Source: a virus. Taken from it: 42,466 nucleotides of DNA. Location of the stretch: IMG/VR virus record IMGVR_UViG_3300045988_079499. The stretch is one strand, 5' to 3'. Below the pieces are notes generated by a model, which was not told the origin of the DNA, made no database searches, and was given only the letters and a program-made list of their open reading frames with translations. The stretch's first letter is position 1, and every line of letters begins with the position of its first letter. Below are positions 33,534 through 42,261 of this stretch, one piece after another. Position numbers and translations under genes: made by a program.

Positions 33534-35120
33534 ATGAATGAATTAACGAAAATAGACTATTCAGCACCAGTTGAAGAGTTATTACCTGTTTCAAATAAAC
33601 ACTTTCCAAGTGAGGAGTTTGTGGATTTTAATTCAGAACTAGGACGAATGTACTACGGTGGGAAAGATGGTACACAAGCAAAATTTGAAATCCAACAAGA
33701 ATTGTTTATTGATAAATTTAATCAGTTAGCCTATGTGTATGCACACCCTAACTTAAACGCTCCATATGTGTATAACGCAGACACACGTATCTGGTCTGAG
33801 GTAAACCTAGGTAGTTACAAATATGCTGATTGGTACTTTGAGAACATTTTAGCGCCAAAATTTACACCACAATTCAGAAATCCAGAATTTGGGAATGAAA
33901 TTCGTAAAGAAATGAAGAAACTAGCACCTGAGTTAGCTAATCGTTCCATGACACGTGGGGAACATGCACCATTGGGTGACAACCCTAACCCAAACATTAT
34001 TGCGTTTGAAAATGGCACATATGACTTTAAAACCAATGATATACGTGAGACCAGGTTAGAAGACTACCACACACTCCAATTACCCTATCCGTTAATTAAG
34101 ACAGATGAAACAGATGAACTATTGGCTAAACAATGGATTGACTATCTATTAAAAGATCAAGCACAGACATTATATGAGTATATTGGGTATATGTATTATA
34201 GAGAGTACAAATATCAATCAATTTTGTACCTCTTAGGTAATGGGTCAAACGGTAAGTCTTACGTAGGTGGCTTTATCATGAATAAATTAATTGGTTTCAA
34301 AAACAGCTCAGCAGTTGGTCTAGACAGCTTAGCAGATAAAAACAATCGTTTTGACAAAGCTTCATTACACCATAAATTATTGAACTTTGAAGCGGATTCA
34401 AGTGCCAACTTTGTGAAGGGTACTGAAACACTGAAAAAGCTTTCAGGAGGTCTTGACGCCGTTCATGCTGAGAAAAAGGGTAAAGATGCCTTTAGTTTTA
34501 CCAACTATGCGAAATTGATGTTCTCAATGAATGAACTACCATCCTTTAATGACCGCACCAATGGATGGTATAGACGGATTTTAATATTAAATTTCAATAC
34601 CAATCTTGATACACCAGAAGCACGTGAACGCATTAATGAGTTTAACAAACAACGTGAAGAACGTGAGTCAAAAGAGCAGCTGGGTAAATTTGCCTGGTTC
34701 TGTATTCAGCAATTCAAAAAGATTTTAGACGCTGGTACAAATGGTGAAAACCCATTCACAGAAACTGAAGATATGATTGCGTTCAAAAAAGCTTATATTG
34801 AATCCAACGATCCATCTAAAGAGTTTTTGAGTGAAGTACCTGTAATTGTGGAAGATAAAGAAGGTACTGTTAACCTAACATTATTGAAGAATATCTTTAA
34901 CGTGTACACAAAAGAGAATAATATTAACAAATCAATGAACTGGCGTACCATGAAAGAATTGCTGCTGAAGCAAGGGTTTGAAGAAAAACGTACAAGTAAA
35001 GTACGTGTACTCACTGGTCTAAAAATCGCACGTAACGGAGACAATGAATCCATTAGACCTTATTTAATGAACGCACTAGCAGGGACAGAGTACGTGAACA
35101 TTTTTAACGATGTATTGTAG
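33534..35120 (+). CDS. DNA primase-helicase, P4/D5 family (D5_N plus an SF3 helicase P-loop)
   Basis: LLGNGSNGKSYVGGFIMNKL (Walker A), then ...LLNFEADS. 528 aa. Confidence 0.7.
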   Translation: MNELTKIDYSAPVEELLPVSNKHFPSEEFVDFNSELGRMYYGGKDGTQAKFEIQQELFIDKFNQLAYVYAHPNLNAPYVYNADTRIWSEVNLGSYKYADWYFENILAPKFTPQFRNPEFGNEIRKEMKKLAPELANRSMTRGEHAPLGDNPNPNIIAFENGTYDFKTNDIRETRLEDYHTLQLPYPLIKTDETDELLAKQWIDYLLKDQAQTLYEYIGYMYYREYKYQSILYLLGNGSNGKSYVGGFIMNKLIGFKNSSAVGLDSLADKNNRFDKASLHHKLLNFEADSSANFVKGTETLKKLSGGLDAVHAEKKGKDAFSFTNYAKLMFSMNELPSFNDRTNGWYRRILILNFNTNLDTPEARERINEFNKQREERESKEQLGKFAWFCIQQFKKILDAGTNGENPFTETEDMIAFKKAYIESNDPSKEFLSEVPVIVEDKEGTVNLTLLKNIFNVYTKENNINKSMNWRTMKELLLKQGFEEKRTSKVRVLTGLKIARNGDNESIRPYLMNALAGTEYVNIFNDVL

Positions 35121-35131
35121 GAGGAAACAGA

Positions 35132-35350
35132 ATGAAAAAATATAGTATTTACACAACCAATTCATCAGAACCATTTTTGGTAGAAACTGAGGAAGATTTG
35201 ATTGATAAATATTTAAGGGCAATACAATCTGGAGACAAATCATTAGTTATTCAACATAAAAAAGATTTAATTGGAATGGGCACATATAGATACAATGTAC
35301 TACTAAACGTGAATCGCATTGTCTCAATCACAACATCAGAGAAAGTTTAA
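35132..35350 (+). CDS. Hypothetical protein (72 aa)
   Basis: ORF. Confidence 0.4.
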   Translation: MKKYSIYTTNSSEPFLVETEEDLIDKYLRAIQSGDKSLVIQHKKDLIGMGTYRYNVLLNVNRIVSITTSEKV

Positions 35351-35360
35351 TCTTTTTGAA

Positions 35361-35408
35361 AGAAAGTTGACTAAAGCAGTTGACTTTCTTTTTCTATCAT
35401 GGTATTAT
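35361..35408 (+). promoter_or_regulatory. Terminator (agaaagt/actttct plus a T-run) overlapping an early promoter (TTGACT-17-TATTAT)
   Basis: The terminator's 3' arm and T-run form the -35 (35380..35385) and spacer of the promoter. The -10 is at 35403..35408. Confidence 0.5.
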
Positions 35409-35434
35409 TAATTCATAGAGAGGAGGAAGTAATA

Positions 35435-35647
35435 ATGTATATTGCAGAGATTATAAATCCTGAAAAATGCGAATTAGAGTACAACTCAGAGACATTCAGT
35501 AGTCAGGAGGAGGCAGAAGCTTATATAAATGAAGTATGTGAAGATAGGCATGGGTTAGAGGGTGTAGTAATATCAATACTGATAGAAAAACAAAATTTTA
35601 GTGGAACTAACATTTTGACACGTGCAGACGTTGTATACCACACGTAA
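35435..35647 (+). CDS. Hypothetical acidic protein (70 aa)
   Basis: RBS agagaggaggaagtaataATG. Confidence 0.4.
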   Translation: MYIAEIINPEKCELEYNSETFSSQEEAEAYINEVCEDRHGLEGVVISILIEKQNFSGTNILTRADVVYHT

Positions 35648-35659
35648 GGAGGAAACAAA

Positions 35660-35752
35660 ATGACATTCATGATGATGGGACTATTATTTATTGGAGCAGT
35701 GATTTACGGAGCTGGAGTACTTATTCACTGGTTAGAAGAAGGAGGATATTAA
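35660..35752 (+). CDS. Tiny membrane peptide (30 aa)
   Basis: RBS aaggaggaaacaaaATG. MTFMMMGLLFIGAVIYGAGVLIHWLEEGGY. Confidence 0.3.
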   Translation: MTFMMMGLLFIGAVIYGAGVLIHWLEEGGY

Positions 35753-35753
35753 G

Positions 35754-35933
35754 ATGCATACTGGATTTAAAGACAAAAATCATATTTATGCTATGGAAGT
35801 ATTGAATGATGGTGAGTGGGTGCTGGGTATGTATGATATCCCTACAGATTTCTATAGTTTGAATAAATTATGTGATTACTACAACAGAAGAGGATATGCA
35901 AACAATCAAATTAGAATTGTGAAGGTGTTGTAA
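35754..35933 (+). CDS. Hypothetical protein (59 aa)
   Basis: RBS gaaggaggatattaagATG. Confidence 0.35.
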   Translation: MHTGFKDKNHIYAMEVLNDGEWVLGMYDIPTDFYSLNKLCDYYNRRGYANNQIRIVKVL

Positions 35934-35934
35934 G

Positions 35935-36147
35935 ATGGAGAAATTGAATTATAAAAAAGGCTTAATAACAGAAACTAATGAGCAAGTAGGTGTTGGAACG
36001 TATGCTAATAATAGTGACATTTACCTTGGATTAATAGATGATGAAGAAGATTGCGCCATTGTAACACTAACTCTGAAAGAGGCACAACGTGTAAAACGCT
36101 ATTTGGAAGATGCTATTACAACTCATATTATAAATTGGGAGGAATAA
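35935..36147 (+). CDS. Hypothetical protein (70 aa)
   Basis: ORF. Confidence 0.4.
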   Translation: MEKLNYKKGLITETNEQVGVGTYANNSDIYLGLIDDEEDCAIVTLTLKEAQRVKRYLEDAITTHIINWEE

Positions 36148-36353
36148 TGATGGAAATTTATTTGGATAATATACCAAAAATAGAGGTATTATTAGGAATA
36201 ACTAAAAAAGAATGGTTTGAAATTGATAATATTGATTTTCAAGAAGAAACATTTGATGTATTGGACGAAATGGGTCAACCGCATACGTATAATTTTATTG
36301 GTAAAACTATTAGAATTAAGGAGTTTAAAAATGAAAGAAAGTCAGTTCAGTAA
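36147..36353 (+). CDS. Hypothetical protein (68 aa)
   Basis: RBS gggaggaataATGATG. The start overlaps the upstream stop. Confidence 0.4.
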   Translation: MMEIYLDNIPKIEVLLGITKKEWFEIDNIDFQEETFDVLDEMGQPHTYNFIGKTIRIKEFKNERKSVQ

Positions 36354-36681
36354 GCTAGTTGTGAAATATCTAAAAGAAAAAGGAGCATTGGTAAACGTCA
36401 ACACCGCCAACATATTTGACAAAGTTGGGCGTTCTGATGTAGAATGTTGTTATAAAGGGCATTGGATTAGTTTAGAATTGAAGGTGGGTAACTATCAGCC
36501 AGATCCTTTACAGATCACGTACTTGCAAAAAATACGTGATGCAGGTGGCTTTGGGCTAATTCTACGTGACACACTTCAAGAACTCATGGTTTTGTTATCT
36601 TGTATTGACAATGGTATTGAAAGGCAATACAAGCAACCAGAGTTGCCAGAAATTAAAGTGGAGGAGATTACTTATGACTAG
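36331..36681 (+). CDS. VRR-NUC domain nuclease (PD-(D/E)xK)
   Basis: GRSDVECCYKGHWISLELKVGNYQPDPLQITYLQKIRDAGGFGLIL fits the D..E.K...Q pattern. It lies upstream of the SNF2 helicase. Confidence 0.55.
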   Translation: MKESQFSKLVVKYLKEKGALVNVNTANIFDKVGRSDVECCYKGHWISLELKVGNYQPDPLQITYLQKIRDAGGFGLILRDTLQELMVLLSCIDNGIERQYKQPELPEIKVEEITYD

Positions 36682-37177
36682 AGAAATTTGGAAAGATATT
36701 GAAGGATATGAAGGACTGTATCAAGTGAGTGACTTGGGAAGAGTTAAAAGAGCTACAACCGGTAGGATTTTAAAAGGTATGATTAGGGGAAGTGGTTATT
36801 TACAAGTTGATTTATCTAAACAAGGAGCTAACTCTAACAAGTATATCCATCGTTTAGTAGCTCAAGCATTCATACCAAATCCTGAAAACAAACCGCAAGT
36901 AAATCATATTGACGAAGATAAAACAAATAATATGGTTTCTAATCTTGAATGGTGTACAGCTAAAGAGAACATAAACCATGGTACGCGTATTGAAAGAGCT
37001 ATCATATCTAATCAAAAGAAAGTCAAAGCGATAGATATCGCAAATGGCGAATACAATTACTATGAATCAATAATTGAATGTGCAAGACAGTTAGATCTTA
37101 ATCAAGGCAACATTTGTAAGTGTTTAAAAGGTAAACGTAAGACATTAGGGGGATACACTTTTGAATATGCAAAATAA
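36674..37177 (+). CDS. HNH homing endonuclease (NUMOD4 + HNH_3), copy 2, inserted between the VRR-NUC and SNF2 genes
   Basis: IWKDIEGYEGLYQVSDLGRV, then ...NHIDEDKTNNMVSNLEWCTAKEN. About 55-60% identical to copy 1. Its ATG overlaps the VRR-NUC stop (ATGACTAG). Confidence 0.85.
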   Translation: MTREIWKDIEGYEGLYQVSDLGRVKRATTGRILKGMIRGSGYLQVDLSKQGANSNKYIHRLVAQAFIPNPENKPQVNHIDEDKTNNMVSNLEWCTAKENINHGTRIERAIISNQKKVKAIDIANGEYNYYESIIECARQLDLNQGNICKCLKGKRKTLGGYTFEYAK

Positions 37178-38465
37178 AATAGGTAAAATAGAACTTCTTC
37201 CACATCAAGTTGAAGCTATTAAATATTGGAAAGAAAAACCGCTTGATCTGTCAGACGTTGGGGTAGGTAAAACGTTTGCAGCACTTGGTTCCTATTCAGC
37301 TTCTGGCTGTGAGAAGTTATTAGTAATATGTTTGGCACCTAAAGTAAACGACTTTGTTGAAGATGCTGAATTAATGGATATTGAGATTACCCCACTTAAT
37401 CATGGGACAAAGAAAAATATAGAGCTTTTATCAAACTCCAAGCGGGTAGCAATCAGTTTTGAAAGTTCTTGGAGAGTAAAAGAATTATTGAAATGGGTGG
37501 ATAAGAATACTTTTATTATTATTGATGAAGCTCACAAAACGTCTGTTAGCACATCAAAAGTAACCAAGTTTGCTATGCAGTTATGTAAGAAGACTGAAAA
37601 TGTACGTTTATTGACAGCAACCCCAGTTAGCAACGGAAAATTAGAAAACTATTATCCGTTGCTATATATGATAAACGTGTTCAGAAAGCCTAAAAAAGAG
37701 TTTGAAGAGCTATTTGTCATAAAACAAATGCGTCAAATGGGAAGCGCTAGATTCCTCCAAATCACTGGCTATCGCAATGAACATTTACTTCAACAGATGA
37801 TTGACGAAGCAAGTGTGAACTATAAACGTGATAAAGGCTATTTACCACAAGATTACGTCTACAAAACGAAGAAGCCTGCAATGTACAATAAGTTGAAGAA
37901 GAATAGAATTTATAAAGATGACTTTGACAACATTGTGGAATTAGATAACGCTAGTAATCTATTTAACAGACTAAGACAGGTATCACATGGTTTTCTTGAA
38001 GGTGTACTTAAACCAGTATCCAAAGAACCGTTTGAACGTTTAGAAGCTATACTTGAGACACACCATAACGAACGTGTAGTGATTTTCTATAATTACAAAG
38101 CAGAATATTTAATGCTAAGAATGTTACTAGACAAACTAAAACGACCATATGGTGTGTACAATGGCAGTATGAAGGAACTAGATAACTTCAAACAAAATGA
38201 AAATGGTGTAGTAATAGCACAATACAAGTCCGCTTCAACTGGGATAAATGATTTTGTAATTAGTAATGTGACAGTTTTCAATAGCATGCCTCTAAGCTCT
38301 ACAGAATATTTACAAGCAAAAGGTAGAACTGACAGACATGGGCAAGAGAAAACACCACTGTATTATCATATTGTGCCAGATACACCAATTGAGAAAAAGA
38401 TCTTTGAGACAGTAACAAATGGAAAAGATTTTACAAATGAAATGATGGAGGAGAGTGTAAAATGA
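37161..38465 (+). CDS. SNF2/DEAD-like helicase
   Basis: LPHQVEAI..., the sequence DVGVGKTFAA (motif I), IIIDEAHK (DEAH box), and QAKGRTDRHGQ (motif VI). Confidence 0.7.
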   Translation: MNMQNKIGKIELLPHQVEAIKYWKEKPLDLSDVGVGKTFAALGSYSASGCEKLLVICLAPKVNDFVEDAELMDIEITPLNHGTKKNIELLSNSKRVAISFESSWRVKELLKWVDKNTFIIIDEAHKTSVSTSKVTKFAMQLCKKTENVRLLTATPVSNGKLENYYPLLYMINVFRKPKKEFEELFVIKQMRQMGSARFLQITGYRNEHLLQQMIDEASVNYKRDKGYLPQDYVYKTKKPAMYNKLKKNRIYKDDFDNIVELDNASNLFNRLRQVSHGFLEGVLKPVSKEPFERLEAILETHHNERVVIFYNYKAEYLMLRMLLDKLKRPYGVYNGSMKELDNFKQNENGVVIAQYKSASTGINDFVISNVTVFNSMPLSSTEYLQAKGRTDRHGQEKTPLYYHIVPDTPIEKKIFETVTNGKDFTNEMMEESVK

Positions 38466-38617
38466 AAAAGAGATATAAAGGCTACTTTAAGAAACCAACA
38501 TATACTACACGTGATATCATAATCAAAAAGAAAATGATGGAGTCGTTCAACTTTAAAGAGAAACCGCGTGTTGGATCATGGGTAAACACTTATAAAAAAT
38601 ATATAAATAAATTGTAG
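38462..38617 (+). CDS. Small basic protein (51 aa)
   Basis: ATGA overlap with the helicase stop. Confidence 0.3.
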   Translation: MKKRYKGYFKKPTYTTRDIIIKKKMMESFNFKEKPRVGSWVNTYKKYINKL

Positions 38618-38624
38618 AAAACAG

Positions 38625-38682
38625 TTGACACCCCTTAATTGGGGTGGTATACTTAATTTATAAGTTAAGAGGAGGAAGTTAA
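38625..38682 (+). promoter_or_regulatory. Early promoter-leader cassette (TTGACA-17-TATACT + TAATTTATAAGTTAAGAGGAGGA); the spacer contains the palindrome caccccttaattggggtg
   Basis: The -35 is at 38625..38630 and the -10 at 38648..38653. Confidence 0.6.
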
Positions 38683-39423
38683 ATGAAAGAATTAAGACTG
38701 AAAAAGAATGGTAAAGCCCCACTAGTGGCTGGAGCATTTGATGGAGAAGATTATAAACTGATTCAAACGTGGGTGCAAGAAGGTGGAAACGTTGGCACAC
38801 TCACCGGTTCAGCGAGTGGTATTGTAGTCATTGACATTGATAATCACAATGGAGTAGATGGTCTTGGCAACTTAAAAGTTTTTTTAGAAATGTATGACAT
38901 TAAGTTACCTAAGACTAAAGTAGTTAAGACTCCAAGTGGTGGACTACACTACTACTTTAAATTAGATGAGAAATACAATGAAACGCAATTCATTCAAAAC
39001 CATTCCCAACTAGAAGGCGTTGACTTTCAAACTCATGGTAGATATGTAGTAGCACCACCTAGTCAAATTGATGGTAAATATTATGAAGTAGTACGTGACG
39101 TAGAAATAGCAGAACTACCTGAGAAATGGTTAGAGATGTTCACAGATAAAACGATTACAAAAAAGAACAAAAAGAGAGAACGCAGATGGACGGCAACCTT
39201 ATTAGGTGATATAATTGCAGGTAGTGGTGAGGGTGGACGGAATATCTGGCTCACCACTCAGATTGGTAAATTATTTGCAACTGGTTTAAATCATGATGAG
39301 GTGCGTGTATGGTCTCTATATGTAAACCAGATTGGCTGTAATCCACCATTATCAGAGGATGAAGTAATGCAAACATATGAGAGCGTACGTAAGCGTGAAA
39401 TAAGAAGAATGGAGGAAGACTAA
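38683..39423 (+). CDS. Bifunctional primase-polymerase (AEP PrimPol N-terminal domain)
   Basis: GIVVIDIDNHNG (the DxD motif), SGGLHYYF, and GRYVVAPPS. Confidence 0.65.
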   Translation: MKELRLKKNGKAPLVAGAFDGEDYKLIQTWVQEGGNVGTLTGSASGIVVIDIDNHNGVDGLGNLKVFLEMYDIKLPKTKVVKTPSGGLHYYFKLDEKYNETQFIQNHSQLEGVDFQTHGRYVVAPPSQIDGKYYEVVRDVEIAELPEKWLEMFTDKTITKKNKKRERRWTATLLGDIIAGSGEGGRNIWLTTQIGKLFATGLNHDEVRVWSLYVNQIGCNPPLSEDEVMQTYESVRKREIRRMEED

Positions 39424-39527
39424 TGAATTACGATGAATTACTAACTAAATTAGACCAATTATTACCACCAAAGAATCAAACACAGAAGGTGTCTGACAAA
39501 TATTTTATTATTGCTATGGATACTTAA
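39423..39527 (+). CDS. Tiny ORF (34 aa)
   Basis: ATG overlaps the PrimPol stop. Speculative. Confidence 0.2.
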   Translation: MNYDELLTKLDQLLPPKNQTQKVSDKYFIIAMDT

Positions 39528-39630
39528 CAGCGTTAAACAATGTTAATATTATTTCAAAAGAAGACTACCTAAACGCTCACAGGTATGTGACCCATAGTAT
39601 GAGTAAAAATAGGAACAAGGAGGAATAATA

Positions 39631-39831
39631 ATGGATAAGCGATTATTTAGCACAGAGTTTACAAATGGATACTGCGCGACAGTATTCAGCCAATCAAGAT
39701 TTGACTTAAAATATTATGTAGAGGTTTTTCATGTTAATGAACCACAAGATACTCATAGAGTTGATTTTCATACAGCGCGCGAGGTTTTTGGATATTTATC
39801 CGATATTCAAAATTATAAACAAAAAGACTAG
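39631..39831 (+). CDS. Hypothetical protein (66 aa)
   Basis: RBS aaggaggaataataATG. Confidence 0.4.
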   Translation: MDKRLFSTEFTNGYCATVFSQSRFDLKYYVEVFHVNEPQDTHRVDFHTAREVFGYLSDIQNYKQKD

Positions 39832-39847
39832 TCAATTGACTAGTCTT
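39824..39847. promoter_or_regulatory. Perfect 24-bp palindrome aagactagtcaattgactagtctt
   Basis: Exact dyad overlapping the stop codon of the upstream ORF. No T-run follows it on the + strand. Confidence 0.5.
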
Positions 39848-39909
39848 AACGAGAGGAGGGAGGAGGAATATCCCTATAATTAATTATAGCATAAAATAAA
39901 AGTTTTGTG

Positions 39910-39938
39910 TTGACAAGTAAGACACTATATGATATTAT
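39910..39938 (+). promoter_or_regulatory. Early promoter TTGACA-17-TGaTATTAT
   Basis: The -35 is at 39910..39915. The extended -10 spans 39930..39938 (TG at 39930..39931, hexamer TATTAT at 39933..39938). Confidence 0.5.
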
Positions 39939-39969
39939 AAATATATAAACAAAGAGAGGATTTGATATA

Positions 39970-40209
39970 ATGACTACAGTTGAAGAATTAGAAAATACAG
40001 CACGTTACAAAACCAACTCAGGAAAACAATTATTTGATATTTTTGAAGACGACCTATTGACATACGAGCAGGTAACGGGTTTCTACTTAGGTAATACAAT
40101 TAAATATTTAAAACGTTATAAACAAAAGAATGGAGTTGAAGATCTGAAAAAAGTGAAAGTTTATGTAGATCAATTAATTAAATTGGAGGAAAAACATAAT
40201 GAGATTTGA
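39970..40209 (+). CDS. DUF3310-like phage protein (putative)
   Basis: LLTYEQVTGFYLGNTIKYLKRY, then ...DLKKVKVYVDQLI. Confidence 0.35.
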   Translation: MTTVEELENTARYKTNSGKQLFDIFEDDLLTYEQVTGFYLGNTIKYLKRYKQKNGVEDLKKVKVYVDQLIKLEEKHNEI

Positions 40210-40669
40210 ACCATTAAATGAGCCTTACGATATGTATGCCATAACAGATGAAGGTCATGTGTTTCATTTAGACAAAGAACGATATGAAACTGAACTAGTT
40301 GATCCAAAGAATGGAAAAATGTATGTAGTACTTGAAGGTTCACATACAAAGTCACGTAAATTCTACGTCTCTCAATTAGTAGCAGACATGTTTGTTAAAA
40401 ACGAGCATAACTTAGGGTACTTATATTTTAAAGATGGTAACGTACAAAACAGCCACCACACTAATATTGGTTACGCCATTAATCCAAAAGAAGGGGTAGA
40501 ACGTGTGGCACGTCCCTTCAGAAAGAAAGTAGAGCCAAAAAGGCATGCATTAATTGTAGCTATTGGAAAAGCGTGTGAGCAAAAAAACTGGAAAGAAGCC
40601 AATACGCTTGGTAGAGAACTTTGGGAATTAGAAGGAGCAAAATACGCAGACAGAAATAAATTAGTATAG
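40199..40669 (+). CDS. HNH_3-type endonuclease-like protein, copy 3 (divergent)
   Basis: YFKDGNVQNSHHTNIGY resembles the H-DGN..NN...NL motif. The N-terminal YAITDEGHVFHL region is NUMOD4-like. Confidence 0.4.
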   Translation: MRFEPLNEPYDMYAITDEGHVFHLDKERYETELVDPKNGKMYVVLEGSHTKSRKFYVSQLVADMFVKNEHNLGYLYFKDGNVQNSHHTNIGYAINPKEGVERVARPFRKKVEPKRHALIVAIGKACEQKNWKEANTLGRELWELEGAKYADRNKLV

Positions 40670-40683
40670 TTGGAGGCAAACAA

Positions 40684-41439
40684 ATGTCAGAATTTGAATT
40701 TGATGTACATTACACAGGAAGTAAGGGTAACAGTGTCTCAATTTATTATGAGAATATGGGGTTCCTAATTGATATTGGAAAGCCATACAAATACATTGAG
40801 CCATATTTATATGATAAACAATTTGTATTGATTACGCATAAGCACCAGGATCACCTTGTATATACAACATATAAAAAGATTAGAGAAAACTTTCCCCACA
40901 TTAAAATATTATCTAACGAAACTGTTAACAATGAACTAATAAAACGCAAACTTAGTAGTGTAGACATAACATTCAAAGATGATTTCCAGTTTAAAATTGG
41001 AGATGTAAAATTTACAACACTTCAAAATTATCATGGTGCAGCTGAAGACTACACAGAAACACATGGTTTTATCCTAGAGAGTCCTTTGCAAAACTTAATC
41101 TATGCCACTGATTTGAGTACTTTAATAGATTATGAAACTTATCTATTGACAAATGAGTTAAAACTTGATATTATTCTTTTAGAAGCTAATTATGACCCAC
41201 AAGTCATTGGCTTATCAGAGTATATGAAAATTCACAGTGGATATGATACATTTAACAACGGATCATACCGTCACTTGAGTACTGTAGATAGAGAGGAGTT
41301 TGTTACTAAGTTCAAGAAACCAGACGCTGTAGATGTTGAGCTTCACATTTCAGAGCGGTATCGTAGTTTTGACGGATTGGTTAGATTAGAAAAAGGAAAA
41401 ATTACTCAAAAAGATGTTGACAATTATTTAAAGAGATGA
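40684..41439 (+). CDS. Metallo-beta-lactamase-fold hydrolase
   Basis: VLITHKHQDHL matches the HxHxDH motif. 251 aa. Confidence 0.55.
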   Translation: MSEFEFDVHYTGSKGNSVSIYYENMGFLIDIGKPYKYIEPYLYDKQFVLITHKHQDHLVYTTYKKIRENFPHIKILSNETVNNELIKRKLSSVDITFKDDFQFKIGDVKFTTLQNYHGAAEDYTETHGFILESPLQNLIYATDLSTLIDYETYLLTNELKLDIILLEANYDPQVIGLSEYMKIHSGYDTFNNGSYRHLSTVDREEFVTKFKKPDAVDVELHISERYRSFDGLVRLEKGKITQKDVDNYLKR

Positions 41440-41468
41440 TATAGTTAATATATAGAGGAGGAAGAATA

Positions 41469-41648
41469 ATGAACTTAAAATTAGATATAACGTGGAGAGA
41501 ATCACAAGTAGTATTAGAAACAATAAATGCATGGATATCAAAATATGGGTATGACAATATGTCAGACGAAATGAAAGAACTTACAGCCAAATGTCTTGCA
41601 TTTGACAAACAAATATTAGATGAATTTGGAGTGGAGGAAATCAAATGA
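41469..41648 (+). CDS. Hypothetical protein (59 aa)
   Basis: RBS agaggaggaagaataATG. Confidence 0.35.
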   Translation: MNLKLDITWRESQVVLETINAWISKYGYDNMSDEMKELTAKCLAFDKQILDEFGVEEIK

Positions 41649-41872
41649 AATACCAATATGGAGACTTAGTTAGATTCACAAATAATTATGGAATGCACGC
41701 AGCACAAGACGATGAAGGCACTGTACAACATGTGGACAAGTTTGGTAACATCTTAGTATTAGTAGAGTCAGGAGAGTTTGCAGCACGCTTTGAGGAAGTA
41801 CGTGAGGAAGATATTGAACTGATTGATCGTTTAAGTGATGAGGATCTAGAGTTACTGAAGGAGGAGCTATAG
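41645..41872 (+). CDS. Hypothetical acidic protein (75 aa)
   Basis: ATGA overlap. Confidence 0.4.
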   Translation: MKYQYGDLVRFTNNYGMHAAQDDEGTVQHVDKFGNILVLVESGEFAARFEEVREEDIELIDRLSDEDLELLKEEL

Positions 41873-41873
41873 T

Positions 41874-42104
41874 ATGAAAAAATACAATGTAAAGGAATTA
41901 GCATATTTATTCCAGGATAACGGACGAATAGAAGTTATTTTTGAAGATGAGCCAGATATATTTCCTTATTATGAAAATATCTATACTATAGAAGAAATTA
42001 TTGATAGTTTTGGAGAAAGAATGATAACGTGGATTTCACTTTATGCGGATGATGGTGATCAACACTTAATGATTGAATTGGAGGGAAAAAAGAATGAACT
42101 ATAA
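41874..42104 (+). CDS. Hypothetical protein (76 aa)
   Basis: ORF. Confidence 0.4.
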   Translation: MKKYNVKELAYLFQDNGRIEVIFEDEPDIFPYYENIYTIEEIIDSFGERMITWISLYADDGDQHLMIELEGKKNEL

Positions 42105-42261
42105 AACACTGTTGAAATTAGACTATGGATACACTGAAAATCAGTTGTTTGATGTGATTGAGAAATATGTGTGGCTTTTAAAAATCAACTACACAATCGC
42201 AGAAATCTTTGCTGTAGAATACAAACGTCTCAAGTTAGAGGATGAAGAACATGGCATTTGA
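42073..42261 (+). CDS. Hypothetical protein (62 aa)
   Basis: ORF. Confidence 0.35.
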   Translation: MNWREKRMNYKTLLKLDYGYTENQLFDVIEKYVWLLKINYTIAEIFAVEYKRLKLEDEEHGI

